Shown here: positions 55,168-64,000 of the stretch, piece by piece
How the letters are laid out: the number at the start of each line of letters is the position of its first letter
Numbering within the stretch: position 1 is the stretch's first letter
Virus record (IMG/VR): IMGVR_UViG_3300042010_000129
Location: 128,001 to 192,000 of that record
DNA: 64,000 nt
Strand: one strand, 5' to 3'
From: a virus
Taxonomy: Duplodnaviria > Caudoviricetes
Translations under genes and position numbers: made by a program
The notes under the pieces: generated by a model
The model's input: only the letters and a program-made list of their open reading frames with translations
The model's database searches: none
What the model was told of the DNA's origin: nothing

Positions 55168-55176
55168 TTATTTATC

Positions 55177-56034
55177 TCAGAATGGAGGCAAGCCTTCAAG
55201 CTCGTAACCCATGATGAATTTAAAGAACGATGCAGACGGCAGCACGCCCTGTTTGATGTACGTGGAATAACCAGACGGCCATTTCCAGCCTTTGTATTTG
55301 AAATCCGACGATCCGTTGCGGGAACCGTCCCACCGATGCGTACTCCAGCCTTTGTAAGGTGCCGAAGTTGCCTTGCTTTCGACCGAAGCCAGCTTTACCA
55401 AAAACGCTTGTGCGTCAAACGATTTCAGTTTCAACGCGACCGGGAAAGGAAGCTGCGTTCCCCTGCCGAATACACCGGGTTTTTCTCGCCAGAACCCAGC
55501 CGTTTTTTCCGGGGCTTCACAGTCTGCATTCAGCGAATCATATGTGTCCTGACCCGCGTAAGTTTTCGGCTTCTTTTCCCGCGTTTTGGTTTCTGACGGG
55601 GAAAGCCCCATCGCACTACGAATACGCGGTGAAGACGTGCCGATGGTTGTGCAGATATCGCAGTGGCCCATTCCCAACTTGGCAGCCACACGAATTAGTG
55701 CATCCATCACATAATCCGCCGACAATTCTTTTTTGATCGGTTCGTCGTCCTGCCGGTGGAATGGCCGTACAGGTAACGGTTCTGGCTGGCGCACCACATT
55801 AAACGAACGCAGACCAATTCCGCACAACACGTCGTAGGCTTCTGCGAGCGTGTAGCTAAGGCGCAATCCGTTTTTGTCCACCAACGTGCGCGTCTGGTCT
55901 TTGACGAAAAACACAATGATGAAATTGTCTTTGAACGTGGCTTCGAAAACCCGACACAAGTCAGGCTCGGTTTCCCGACCGACCAACAACTTTTTGGCTT
56001 GGGCCAACGTAACAGATGTTCCGCGTGTGGTCAC
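55177..56034 (-). CDS. hypothetical protein
   Basis: GTG start coupled to the upstream TGA. Confidence 0.5.
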   Translation of the reverse strand: MTTRGTSVTLAQAKKLLVGRETEPDLCRVFEATFKDNFIIVFFVKDQTRTLVDKNGLRLSYTLAEAYDVLCGIGLRSFNVVRQPEPLPVRPFHRQDDEPIKKELSADYVMDALIRVAAKLGMGHCDICTTIGTSSPRIRSAMGLSPSETKTREKKPKTYAGQDTYDSLNADCEAPEKTAGFWREKPGVFGRGTQLPFPVALKLKSFDAQAFLVKLASVESKATSAPYKGWSTHRWDGSRNGSSDFKYKGWKWPSGYSTYIKQGVLPSASFFKFIMGYELEGLPPF

Positions 56035-56501
56035 TTGCGCCTCCGCTCTTCTTTTGTCTTCGTCACGATTTTCATCATGTCGGAGAATTCGAAATTTTCA
56101 TCGGTATCACAGCGGTAGATAATCAGCTTCCAGCCGCGTGAAATCTCTTCCAATTCTTTTCCTGTACCTGCCTTACGTTCATCCAACGCCTTCAGCGTGG
56201 AATCCAGTAATTCGCCGTACTTGAACGTGTTGGAAAAATGCCCGGTATTGATATCGAGCCAAACCGCTTTTTCATTCGGCTTGAGTTCTTCTTTTACCCA
56301 CGCTTCGATTGCCTTTACCACGCCTTCATAGCTCAGGTCGTAGTCGATGCCGGTGTGGCCCTTCGGCGGCACGGCACCCGGTGGATTCAGATGCGGATAC
56401 CAGTAGTCGATACTCGGATTCATAATGTTGAGGCCGGTTTCTTCGTACTCGTATGCGTAAATCGGCATACGTGCCATTACAGCATCCCAATCAATATTCA
56501 C
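56031..56501 (-). CDS. hypothetical protein
   Basis: 156 aa. Confidence 0.65.
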   Translation of the reverse strand: MNIDWDAVMARMPIYAYEYEETGLNIMNPSIDYWYPHLNPPGAVPPKGHTGIDYDLSYEGVVKAIEAWVKEELKPNEKAVWLDINTGHFSNTFKYGELLDSTLKALDERKAGTGKELEEISRGWKLIIYRCDTDENFEFSDMMKIVTKTKEERRRK

Positions 56502-56860
56502 TGTTGCACCTCAGAATTCCGTCGCACAAATCCAAAGCTCAACACGTAGCGCGTGCCGTGGACAACAGGCGTCACGCTGTGCAGATGCAGATCAGGCCGG
56601 AAGAAAGTGAAAAAACGATTACTGAAAATTGCACCAGCGTGTTCCGGTACACCACCATCCTTTGCGTTCCACAAATAAACGTTCAGCCGATAATGCTTGT
56701 GGTCTGGCACGGGATCGCGATGCTTTGGAATTCCAGATCCCACCGGATAACGCAGCAGGTACAAATCCCATTTGAAGCGACTGAAAAACTTCCAGCGATT
56801 TAGGAGTTTCAGTTTTTCATAACCGGTTCCCTGTCTGCCCGGTTCCCAATTAAATCGCAT
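56498..56860 (-). CDS. minimal 2OG-Fe(II) oxygenase (P4H/AlkB-like fold)
   Basis: LLRYP.G..IPKHRD (HxD)...FRPDL.LHSVTPV..GTRYVLSFG (H, R-x-x-x-S). Confidence 0.85.
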   Translation of the reverse strand: MRFNWEPGRQGTGYEKLKLLNRWKFFSRFKWDLYLLRYPVGSGIPKHRDPVPDHKHYRLNVYLWNAKDGGVPEHAGAIFSNRFFTFFRPDLHLHSVTPVVHGTRYVLSFGFVRRNSEVQQ

Positions 56861-56863
56861 GGC

Positions 56864-57142
56864 CTACACCTTTTCGATTGCTACAAAGCCACGATGCTGC
56901 AAGTAACTGATAGCCCAAGACAGGACGGCCCGCGATTCTGCGTCAGGATTGACCCGCACAACTTCGAAGGTTTTGGCGGCGTTAACCCGGATGGAAAATT
57001 CAGCATCCGTTCTAGGAATCACCGCGTCAATTACACACGCGCCGTCTTGTGGTTCGATGTTGCAGAAAATCACATCGTACACACCTAGCAATTCATCTTG
57101 CATTTGAGTGCATACGACTTCTGTGTTGATACCGATGTTCAT
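56864..57142 (-). CDS. hypothetical protein
   Basis: GAGGT RBS. Confidence 0.6.
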   Translation of the reverse strand: MNIGINTEVVCTQMQDELLGVYDVIFCNIEPQDGACVIDAVIPRTDAEFSIRVNAAKTFEVVRVNPDAESRAVLSWAISYLQHRGFVAIEKV

Positions 57143-57168
57143 AAAAAACCGACCTCGGAATTAATGGC

Positions 57169-57191
57169 GCACGTTTTTGAACAGAACGTGC
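57169..57191 (-). promoter_or_regulatory. intergenic hairpin upstream of the RBS
   Basis: GCACGTT-N9-AACGTGC. Confidence 0.4.
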
Positions 57192-57204
57192 AAACTGTTA
57201 GGCC

Positions 57205-57633
57205 TTACTGCGCTACGCCGCCTTTCAGACGAAGCAGTTGCGCTTCCAGTTCTTCGACCGACAGGTTTTCCAGCGCCGCGTCTTTCTTCTTGGCGAGAGT
57301 ATCGGTGATTTTCGCGATTTCGGTTTCGCGTGCTTTCTGGTCGGTCTTCGCTTTGTTTTCAGCGACACGGGTGTCGATGATGCTTTTCACAACGTCGAAA
57401 CGCAGCTGAATAACCGGATCTTTTTTCGCGCCGGAAACGAAGCTTTTGTTTTTACCTTTTTCCAGTTGTTCGTCGAGGTCGATTGCCAGCGCATCGAGGC
57501 TCGCTTTGTTGTTGCCGCGTGCAGTCAACGGCAGATCCCACAGGTCTTCGACCGACAGCTTACCGATAGGGGTATCGAAGCGCAGTTTCTGGCGGGTAGC
57601 TTGTTCGAAGATGTTTGCGTTTTCAGTAGTCAT
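57205..57633 (-). CDS. conserved phage coiled-coil protein
   Basis: IFEQA.R.KLRF.T..G.LSVEDLWDLPL...SL..LA, a recurrent phage family pattern. Confidence 0.8.
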   Translation of the reverse strand: MTTENANIFEQATRQKLRFDTPIGKLSVEDLWDLPLTARGNNKASLDALAIDLDEQLEKGKNKSFVSGAKKDPVIQLRFDVVKSIIDTRVAENKAKTDQKARETEIAKITDTLAKKKDAALENLSVEELEAQLLRLKGGVAQ

Positions 57634-57665
57634 TTTTCAGTTCTCTTTTTTCAGGTTTTGCGGGA

Positions 57666-59684
57666 TTAGAATTTTACGTTCAGGATGCGATTGATTGCGC
57701 CCTTCACACGGACTTGCATTTCAGCACGATCATTGACCGAGAAGCCGAGGCCGCTCAGTTGGTCAGCGCTGGCAGGCACTTTCATTTGCGCGGAAACCGC
57801 TTCGAAAGCTTTGCGATGTTTGCTCAGTTCATCGCGCAGGTATTCGTTGTAGAAACCACGGGTGCCCTCTTCGTTTACGCAGCCCTTGAGCATAAAGAAA
57901 ACATGCTCATGGCCCACGGCCTGATCGTTCCAGAAATTCGGGGAACGGCAGATCAAATCAACCGGTGTCCATTCTTCGGTTTTGATGCCCCAGTTTTCAA
58001 CCGAGGAACCAGCACCACCGACCATGCCTTGGCCTTCGACGCTGATATTGCCAGCTGCATCGACGACGATGTAACCAGCGGTAACGCGGCGATCATTGCC
58101 CAGTTCTTTTGGATGCGAGAAGCTGTAGATTTTGCCCAGCACTTCCACTTCCACTTCGAAGCCGACGTTATTGGTAGTTCGCTGCGACCAGTTGTGAACC
58201 TGAATTTCGTAGCGGCCTTTTTTGATATCGCCTTTGTCAGTCCAGAAAATGTTTTCCACTGGATCGACGCTGTTCGCGGCGTGACCGGCGTTCATGTCCA
58301 CATCGAGCGTGGCATTGAAAACTTTACGGGTACGGAAGTCGCAACGATCCCGGCCATTGTTTACGCTTAGGTCGAGGTCGTCGCCGTTCTGCCACGAAAG
58401 CGAAACGCGAATATCGCCGTCGATTTTACCGCCTGCTTTTTTCACACGTTCGCGAATCGACGACGAAGTAACTTCACCAATGTACGACCACGAAAATGGG
58501 TTGTCCCATTTCAGCAGCGGTTTCGCGTCCGGATTAACCGGGGCGATCAGGGAAACGAAACTGGCGGTGTGTTCGTGCTTCACCAGCACTTCGAGGGTGT
58601 CGGCTTTCGGCAAAACTTTCTTGATGAAATCTTTGATCGAAATGTCTTCAACGTCGTTCAGAACCGGAACGTTTTTCTTGGTCGGTTTGATGCCACCGAA
58701 CGCGCCGCCCAGCAGTTGCTTTTTCACCGTGCCGTCAACGAACAGAACGTCGTTAACCGAAATGTCTTCACGGGTTGCGTAACGACGCGCCAGCGAATCA
58801 CCGAGGCCCAGTTTATCGACCAGCTTTTCAGCTTCGTCGATCATTTTCTGAGTGACCAAAGCTTTCGAACGTTTGTAGTTCGGGCCAGCGGTTTTGAATT
58901 CGAAAGCCTTCACGGCGTTTTCGAGTTCCATGCCTTGGGTGATATCCGACAGCAGCGTGCCCACAACGTCGTTGAGGATGCGGGTGTGCGGCGTCGAATT
59001 CTTCCACAGGAAAATTTCACGACCGCGTTCGGTTTTCAGCTTGGCGTAATCCGCTTTCAGTTTACGCAGCGCTACAACTTTCTTGCGCTTTTCGTCGCCT
59101 TTGTACAGCGAGTCGGTGTCGATCAGATCCATCACGATATCAATCGCGAAATCCGCGATTTCATTGATCGAACGTTCCAGCAGATTTTTGTCTACGCTGG
59201 ATTCACCGATGTAGTCAGTTGGGTTTTTATCCCAACGGAAAATCGCAGGCACCAGACCGTGGAAGTGGTGCCACACTTCGCCCGTTTCTTGGCTGGTGGT
59301 TTTCGCGCAACCGTATTGCGGCATTTCCGCAATGAAACGGTTTTTGATTTTCAGCGAACGCACCTTTGCAGCCATTGCGTCGGCCACCGCTTGATGCGTT
59401 GGATCTTCGACCTGCACATCCCACACGGTCAGCAGTTTACCTTTCTCGGCGTACACGACAGCACCGAGGTTGCGCACGAAATTGTGGCAGGTATTGCATT
59501 CGTATTCGCGACGTTCACGGAACATCGGGTTGGTGCCTTCAGGGAACGACGCAAGGTAATGCGCCCACAATTCGTCACCGTTGATATCAACGAGGAAAAC
59601 GCTGTTCTTTTTCCCTTCGTCTTTTTGCAGCATCGAATTGTAGTTTGCGGTTACAGCCTGACCGAATTTCGAAAAATCACTCAT
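57666..59684 (-). CDS. conserved 672-aa phage protein with N-terminal CxxC and YfaP/DUF2135-like C-terminal domain
   Basis: YL.SFP.GTNP.FRERREY.C..C..F; KWDNPFSWSY.G; IRVSLSW.N.DDLDL; GFYNEYL..EL..HRK.FE. Confidence 0.8.
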   Translation of the reverse strand: MSDFSKFGQAVTANYNSMLQKDEGKKNSVFLVDINGDELWAHYLASFPEGTNPMFRERREYECNTCHNFVRNLGAVVYAEKGKLLTVWDVQVEDPTHQAVADAMAAKVRSLKIKNRFIAEMPQYGCAKTTSQETGEVWHHFHGLVPAIFRWDKNPTDYIGESSVDKNLLERSINEIADFAIDIVMDLIDTDSLYKGDEKRKKVVALRKLKADYAKLKTERGREIFLWKNSTPHTRILNDVVGTLLSDITQGMELENAVKAFEFKTAGPNYKRSKALVTQKMIDEAEKLVDKLGLGDSLARRYATREDISVNDVLFVDGTVKKQLLGGAFGGIKPTKKNVPVLNDVEDISIKDFIKKVLPKADTLEVLVKHEHTASFVSLIAPVNPDAKPLLKWDNPFSWSYIGEVTSSSIRERVKKAGGKIDGDIRVSLSWQNGDDLDLSVNNGRDRCDFRTRKVFNATLDVDMNAGHAANSVDPVENIFWTDKGDIKKGRYEIQVHNWSQRTTNNVGFEVEVEVLGKIYSFSHPKELGNDRRVTAGYIVVDAAGNISVEGQGMVGGAGSSVENWGIKTEEWTPVDLICRSPNFWNDQAVGHEHVFFMLKGCVNEEGTRGFYNEYLRDELSKHRKAFEAVSAQMKVPASADQLSGLGFSVNDRAEMQVRVKGAINRILNVKF

Positions 59685-59737
59685 GTACTTACACTTCCTT
59701 CATGTTGGTATATTTTTTGGGATCGCTTGGCACGCAA

Positions 59738-59983
59738 TTACATTTCGCGTTTGCTTTTGTCTTTGCGTAATTCGCCAACGAATCCGAGGTCTTTTTTACA
59801 GCCCAAACAAATGCCGTGACAGGCCCTGTTTTCGCGGTAGGCTTTGTGCGGGCACCGCCACTGCTTGATCTTGTCGAGGAACGCCAGCACGACGACTACG
59901 ACAATCAGCACCAGTAGGATGGTCATTCCCACCGCCATTTCTGCGAGCGTCTTGGAAATCCAAAACCAGAAATAGTCGAACAT
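59738..59983 (-). CDS. membrane protein with Cys cluster
   Basis: TM followed by CPH...CHG.C.GC. Confidence 0.6.
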   Translation of the reverse strand: MFDYFWFWISKTLAEMAVGMTILLVLIVVVVVLAFLDKIKQWRCPHKAYRENRACHGICLGCKKDLGFVGELRKDKSKREM

Positions 59984-59984
59984 T

Positions 59985-60395
59985 TTAACTCCGCTTTTTG
60001 CCGATGAACGATTGTTCCTTGCGGAATGCCTCGCTCCAGATATCGGCGTGGTCGTTGTTGATATCGACGTAAGGATTATCTTTGCCGCCGAAACCTTCCT
60101 GAGCCATCATCTTGCCCATTTGCGCCGGGCTGTATTCTTCGAACTCATGTTCGCGAACATACAGGATGGAAATGCGGGCGCCGCCTTTGTCGATATTCAC
60201 TTCTTCCATGATCGGATCGGTCAGTTGGCGAAGTGAAGGGCCATACGACCAGACGCACATAGAGCCTTCGTAAACCGACTGCCATTCGTGTTTCTGATAC
60301 GCTTGGATTTTTACGGTTACATCGAAACGGCGTTTGCATTTTACGAATTTCAACGGCATTACATATTCCTCATTTTTTCCATCAAAGCATCCCAC
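59985..60395 (-). CDS. hypothetical protein
   Basis: C-terminal G..G..NPY...W..AF. Confidence 0.55.
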   Translation of the reverse strand: MGCFDGKNEEYVMPLKFVKCKRRFDVTVKIQAYQKHEWQSVYEGSMCVWSYGPSLRQLTDPIMEEVNIDKGGARISILYVREHEFEEYSPAQMGKMMAQEGFGGKDNPYVDINNDHADIWSEAFRKEQSFIGKKRS

Positions 60396-60571
60396 ACGTC
60401 ACGCGGGCGGTCATTGCGGGTGAACGGTACGCAACGGTCGGCGTCGAGGCCAAAGCTCGCTACGGTATCGGCTGGCACATCCTCAACAGCGTGAGTAATT
60501 GCCTCGGCCATGTTTACGCCGACTTTCGGTTCGTACCGATCATCGACGATTTCATAAGAACGATTTTCCAT
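60359..60571 (-). CDS. hypothetical protein
   Basis: 70 aa. Confidence 0.55.
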   Translation of the reverse strand: MENRSYEIVDDRYEPKVGVNMAEAITHAVEDVPADTVASFGLDADRCVPFTRNDRPRDVWDALMEKMRNM

Positions 60572-60608
60572 TTTGTATTTCCTCGCCTTCCTCAGTGCAG
60601 CAATTCGC

Positions 60609-61289
60609 TCACGGATTCAGATGCAGTTGGTATTTCTCGACCATGTGAGCCAGACCCGGATGGGCACAGCCAATGGAACCTTTCATCATGTTGATCATTT
60701 GCCCAACGAACCACGCACGGGTTTCGTATTGCTTGTGAGGCTTTTTGCCGTCGCCTGCAATCGTGAATTCGTTTTCCTTGTACCCGGCAGCTTCAAGCAA
60801 CGGCAGAAGCTCTGCGCCGTAGTGCTTGATATTTACATTATCTGCCAACTCAATATATTCCTTCAGCAGAAGCATCAGGCGGCAGGCAACCCAGTCGTTC
60901 GGTTGAATGCCAGAACCGCCGTGAGTCGCTGCCCAGTCCGTCAGAATCTTTTTGATTTCTGCCACGTAACTGTTCATCTTTTCCTGATTGTCCAGCGTTT
61001 GCAAACGGCGGCTTTCTTCTGCCTGTTTGTATTCGTCGGATTGACGGTAAGCTTCGGCGTTATCATCCGAAACTTTTTTGTATACCAGATAAGCCAATTC
61101 AGGATCATCGGTATACACCAGATTCAGCGTGACGCCGTTGCACTTCAGCACGCCTTTGACTTGCTGCCCGGCGTCCTCTTTCTGCTTGAGGATTTTTAGC
61201 GCATCTTCGATGCTTTCGCGGATGGTGTACCCGCCAATGCCTTCGAAGTGGTAAACAGCACCTTCACGCTTTACGATTTCAACCGCCAT
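60609..61289 (-). CDS. hypothetical protein
   Basis: TAATG coupling. Confidence 0.65.
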   Translation of the reverse strand: MAVEIVKREGAVYHFEGIGGYTIRESIEDALKILKQKEDAGQQVKGVLKCNGVTLNLVYTDDPELAYLVYKKVSDDNAEAYRQSDEYKQAEESRRLQTLDNQEKMNSYVAEIKKILTDWAATHGGSGIQPNDWVACRLMLLLKEYIELADNVNIKHYGAELLPLLEAAGYKENEFTIAGDGKKPHKQYETRAWFVGQMINMMKGSIGCAHPGLAHMVEKYQLHLNP

Positions 61290-61537
61290 TATTTCGGTTC
61301 CTTCTGCAATGTGTTGTAGGCCTGATCGCGCAAATGTTCCAGCTGCGAAGCGACCAAAGATTCTTCACGATTGAGCAAATAATTCTGCCCGGTTTCTTGC
61401 ATGCGGCGGTGCGCTAATTCTCGCATCGCTTCCAGCACGCCGAGAGCGTAGGTGTAATCTGCACGGGCTTGCTTGTAGTCGATGAACGTTGTACACGAAT
61501 AACTTACGTTGACTGGGGTTTGATCGGGCGTTGACAT
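61289..61537 (-). CDS. hypothetical protein
   Basis: Start moved to MSTPDQ (GGAGG RBS). Confidence 0.55.
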   Translation of the reverse strand: MSTPDQTPVNVSYSCTTFIDYKQARADYTYALGVLEAMRELAHRRMQETGQNYLLNREESLVASQLEHLRDQAYNTLQKEPK

Positions 61538-62049
61538 ACGTCTTCCTCCTGCGCCAGTTCCACGATTTCGATATTCTGCAACCAACCGAAACCAACCAGC
61601 CCGTGGTGGTGATGGAAAATTTTCAGTGCGAAATTCTGCACTTCGTCCGGTCGCAAATAAATGGGCAACCAGTGGCCCCACTCAACGCAAACGTCTTCTT
61701 TGCGTTCGCGTAGCCAGTCTTTGTATTCACAGTTATCGAGGTTCGGCTGCTGCCACGGATGCGCCACGATGAAATTGTGATACTTCACGTGCGGATCGGA
61801 TGGACTGAAACCGCCACCACTTTCGCAATTAATCAGCCACGCATATTCCCACCATACGCGGCTATCCTGCTTGAACTTTTTCCACGCAGGATCGAACACG
61901 GTCATGGCCGACAGGTAATCGTCCGCTTGCTGTGCCAGCATGACAACTTCGTCGAATTCCATGTGGCCGTAAACCTGACGCAGGTTGCGCAATTTCATTT
62001 CGCACAACCGAGTAACGAATCCGCTTTTCGGTTTCTGTTCTTCAGACAT
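61504..62049 (-). CDS. hypothetical protein
   Basis: 181 aa. Confidence 0.6.
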   Translation of the reverse strand: MSEEQKPKSGFVTRLCEMKLRNLRQVYGHMEFDEVVMLAQQADDYLSAMTVFDPAWKKFKQDSRVWWEYAWLINCESGGGFSPSDPHVKYHNFIVAHPWQQPNLDNCEYKDWLRERKEDVCVEWGHWLPIYLRPDEVQNFALKIFHHHHGLVGFGWLQNIEIVELAQEEDVCQRPIKPQST

Positions 62050-62935
62050 TTACAGATTCCTTGTGCAAGGCCCTTGCGAGAATATCCGGGTCATACGTCG
62101 AACCCGAATCAATGCATTTCACCCGGCACCCTTTGACCAGTTCGTAAGCCGCTTCGTTCACCAGCAAAACGTCACCGTGATTGAGGGCGATTGTGTGCAG
62201 CGATTCGCCGTTGATATCCAACACCGCGCTAGGCATATGCAGCAAGGCCCGTGAGAGCGCCGTAGAGGCCCAATCGCCATGCGACTTAACGTTGATTACC
62301 AGTGCATGCGAAAACCCTTTACGCCAGCCCACACGACGCGGATGCAACGCGGCTTCCAGCAACCGGCGACCGTTGGCGACTTCCACCAGCGGTTCAGCCT
62401 GCTTTGCACTAGGTTTGCGTTTACCCGGTTTCGATTCATCACCGATTTTGCAAACGTCGATGTAGTTCACGCGGAAAACCATCGTGTAACCGAGTTCCTG
62501 CATTTCCTCAACGCAGGCCTGATTAAACGCCGGGTTGTCGTTGGGCCAGATGGTTGCAACGTTCCGGAATTTCGCCGGGGAAAGGCGCAGCAACTTTTCG
62601 TTCGTTTCAACGTAAAGCTGTTCCAGCCGCTTGCAGATGTTTTCGATAATCGCGGGCCACTGATCCGGCTCCACATTCGTAACCGGCAACCGGGAAATAA
62701 AACAGGCATCGGCGCCGATTTGAATTTTGTAACCGCGTTCGCCCATCAGTTCACGCAGAGCGCGCTGATTAGGATTGGTCAGCGGAGTGAAGCCGTAGTC
62801 CGCTGCCAATGCGTTTACGGTGCGGCGTGGAATGCGCACCTTTGGATTATCTGAACCACCAACACGACCGATCAAATCGTCAGCGAATTTGTGGAACTGC
62901 TTACTGAATTCCACACGCGGTTTAGGATGCTGCAT
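62042..62935 (-). CDS. hypothetical protein with an internal twofold repeat
   Basis: ...NQRALRELMGERGYKI.. and ...FNQACVEEMQELGYTM... Confidence 0.6.
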   Translation of the reverse strand: MQHPKPRVEFSKQFHKFADDLIGRVGGSDNPKVRIPRRTVNALAADYGFTPLTNPNQRALRELMGERGYKIQIGADACFISRLPVTNVEPDQWPAIIENICKRLEQLYVETNEKLLRLSPAKFRNVATIWPNDNPAFNQACVEEMQELGYTMVFRVNYIDVCKIGDESKPGKRKPSAKQAEPLVEVANGRRLLEAALHPRRVGWRKGFSHALVINVKSHGDWASTALSRALLHMPSAVLDINGESLHTIALNHGDVLLVNEAAYELVKGCRVKCIDSGSTYDPDILARALHKESVNV

Positions 62936-63266
62936 TTTGCTCTTCCTGTGCAGGCGACGGGGCGCCAATCATTTCCAGAATTTCGTTGATGTGATCGCTG
63001 GCCTTTTCTTTCAGACGCGGGCCGTAGATTTCCATGATTTCGTTGTGTCGCACAGTCACACGCTGCACCGATTCGTTTACGTTGGCAGCACTAGAGCCGG
63101 TTTGTTCTACGGCTTCCTTTTGAGTCAGGCCATTGACCAGAACCAGATACGCGCCCTTCGTGGATTTCACATCCAGACTGGTACGCATCCACTTCGCATG
63201 CAGCATGAATTCTGCTTCGGTCAGTGTTGGATATTCGTTCCGTGGTTTGCTTCCGCCGTAATACAT
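62922..63266 (-). CDS. KorA/TrfB-like HTH transcriptional repressor
   Basis: TLTEAEF...AYLVLVNGLTQKEAVEQTGSSAANVNESVQRV. Confidence 0.65.
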   Translation of the reverse strand: MYYGGSKPRNEYPTLTEAEFMLHAKWMRTSLDVKSTKGAYLVLVNGLTQKEAVEQTGSSAANVNESVQRVTVRHNEIMEIYGPRLKEKASDHINEILEMIGAPSPAQEEQNAAS

Positions 63267-63583
63267 TAGCTCGACTTCCTCATTCTTGGTTTTCTATATT
63301 TCTTGCCAGCAGCCCGGCACAGAATTTTGTACAGCGTATCGCCTTCTTTCAGGAGGCCAGCAGCGTGCAGCACATCCTGACTATCCAGCAATGCTTTTTC
63401 GAAACGGTACACAGCTTTTTCACGCGCCTGTTCGTGACGCTTTTTAATTGTCCCCAACGTGTTTGCTGTTGAGTCCAAAACCGATTCTTTCACTGGGGTT
63501 CGGTACGTGCGTTCGTAGCTGTGCCCGCCCATGCCCAGCGAATTTGCAACACGCATCATCATGCCGCCAAATGATCCGCCCAT
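63266..63583 (-). CDS. hypothetical protein
   Basis: TAATG coupling. Confidence 0.55.
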   Translation of the reverse strand: MGGSFGGMMMRVANSLGMGGHSYERTYRTPVKESVLDSTANTLGTIKKRHEQAREKAVYRFEKALLDSQDVLHAAGLLKEGDTLYKILCRAAGKKYRKPRMRKSS

Positions 63584-63957
63584 TAAAGCATTTCCTCTTC
63601 AGGAATCAGCACCGGGCAAACTTCCGCATCGCCGTGCGTGCCGACCAATTTGATCGAAGGCCACAAACCAGAACTGTCCGGGTTGCGTTGACGGTGTGCG
63701 TTCAACCATTTCAACGCCGCGTGTTCCATGTGGTGCGTGTTGGTGCTGATAATTCCGACGCGACTGGATTTGTATCCGTCATCGGTCAGCGTGTAAATCC
63801 AGAAAATGCCAACGCACACAGCGCCGTCGTATTGGTTCTGCTGCCAACCCAAACCCGGATCAACGAACAACACTTCCTGCGCCGTGTAATCCTGCCGAAA
63901 ATAATGCAGGAAGTTTTCCAACGTTTCACCGCCGTTTTCGAAACCCTTGCGGATCAT
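63583..63957 (-). CDS. hypothetical protein
   Basis: TAATG coupling to the downstream gene. Confidence 0.6.
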   Translation of the reverse strand: MIRKGFENGGETLENFLHYFRQDYTAQEVLFVDPGLGWQQNQYDGAVCVGIFWIYTLTDDGYKSSRVGIISTNTHHMEHAALKWLNAHRQRNPDSSGLWPSIKLVGTHGDAEVCPVLIPEEEML

Positions 63958-64000
63958 CAGGCGGTGATAGTCGTAGGTACGGCTAAACGAATCAATGACA

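Noticed and set aside
59985-60130. Ribosome modulation factor call from G..NPY...W
   Set aside because: The motif is short and widespread in phage proteins, and the other RMF residues are not evident.
1-64000. CRISPR array, integrase, transposase or intron
   Set aside because: No regularly spaced repeats and no recombinase, transposase or homing-endonuclease motifs were seen.
1-64000. Naming a specific phage or family
   Set aside because: No core marker genes are in the window. Jumbo phage and Pseudomonas host are inferences only.

Overview
This window looks like the accessory, gene-dense region of a large lytic (jumbo-type) bacteriophage genome. About 130 short ORFs tile the minus strand almost without gaps, with ATGA/TAATG overlaps and AGGA/GGAG-type ribosome-binding sites. 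The long plus-strand ORFs are antisense shadows. I saw no capsid, terminase, polymerase, integrase, tRNA or CRISPR array. A near-copy of the Pseudomonas AmrZ DNA-binding domain suggests a pseudomonad host (inference). Recognisable products: a glutathionylspermidine-synthase-like ATP-grasp enzyme with a YgiB-like lipoprotein, a PDE-like HD hydrolase, NADAR, two Nudix hydrolases, two 2OG-Fe(II) oxygenases, two GNAT acetyltransferases, a Pol-beta-type nucleotidyltransferase and several RHH/HTH regulators. Best candidates for new biology: (1) a 34-aa headless type IV prepilin, below the ORF-track cutoff, inside a TPM-like / LemA-like membrane operon; (2) a 100-nt structured RNA that buries the Shine-Dalgarno site of the next gene and has an alternative fold; (3) an acyl-carrier-protein-like domain with Glu in place of the phosphopantetheine Ser; (4) three tandem RecA/DnaB-fold proteins that all lack the Walker A lysine; (5) GNATs and an oxygenase interleaved with Lys/Arg-tailed mini-proteins. 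All family calls are from motif recognition by eye, without database searches. Starts were moved to internal Met codons where overlaps or RBS position support it.
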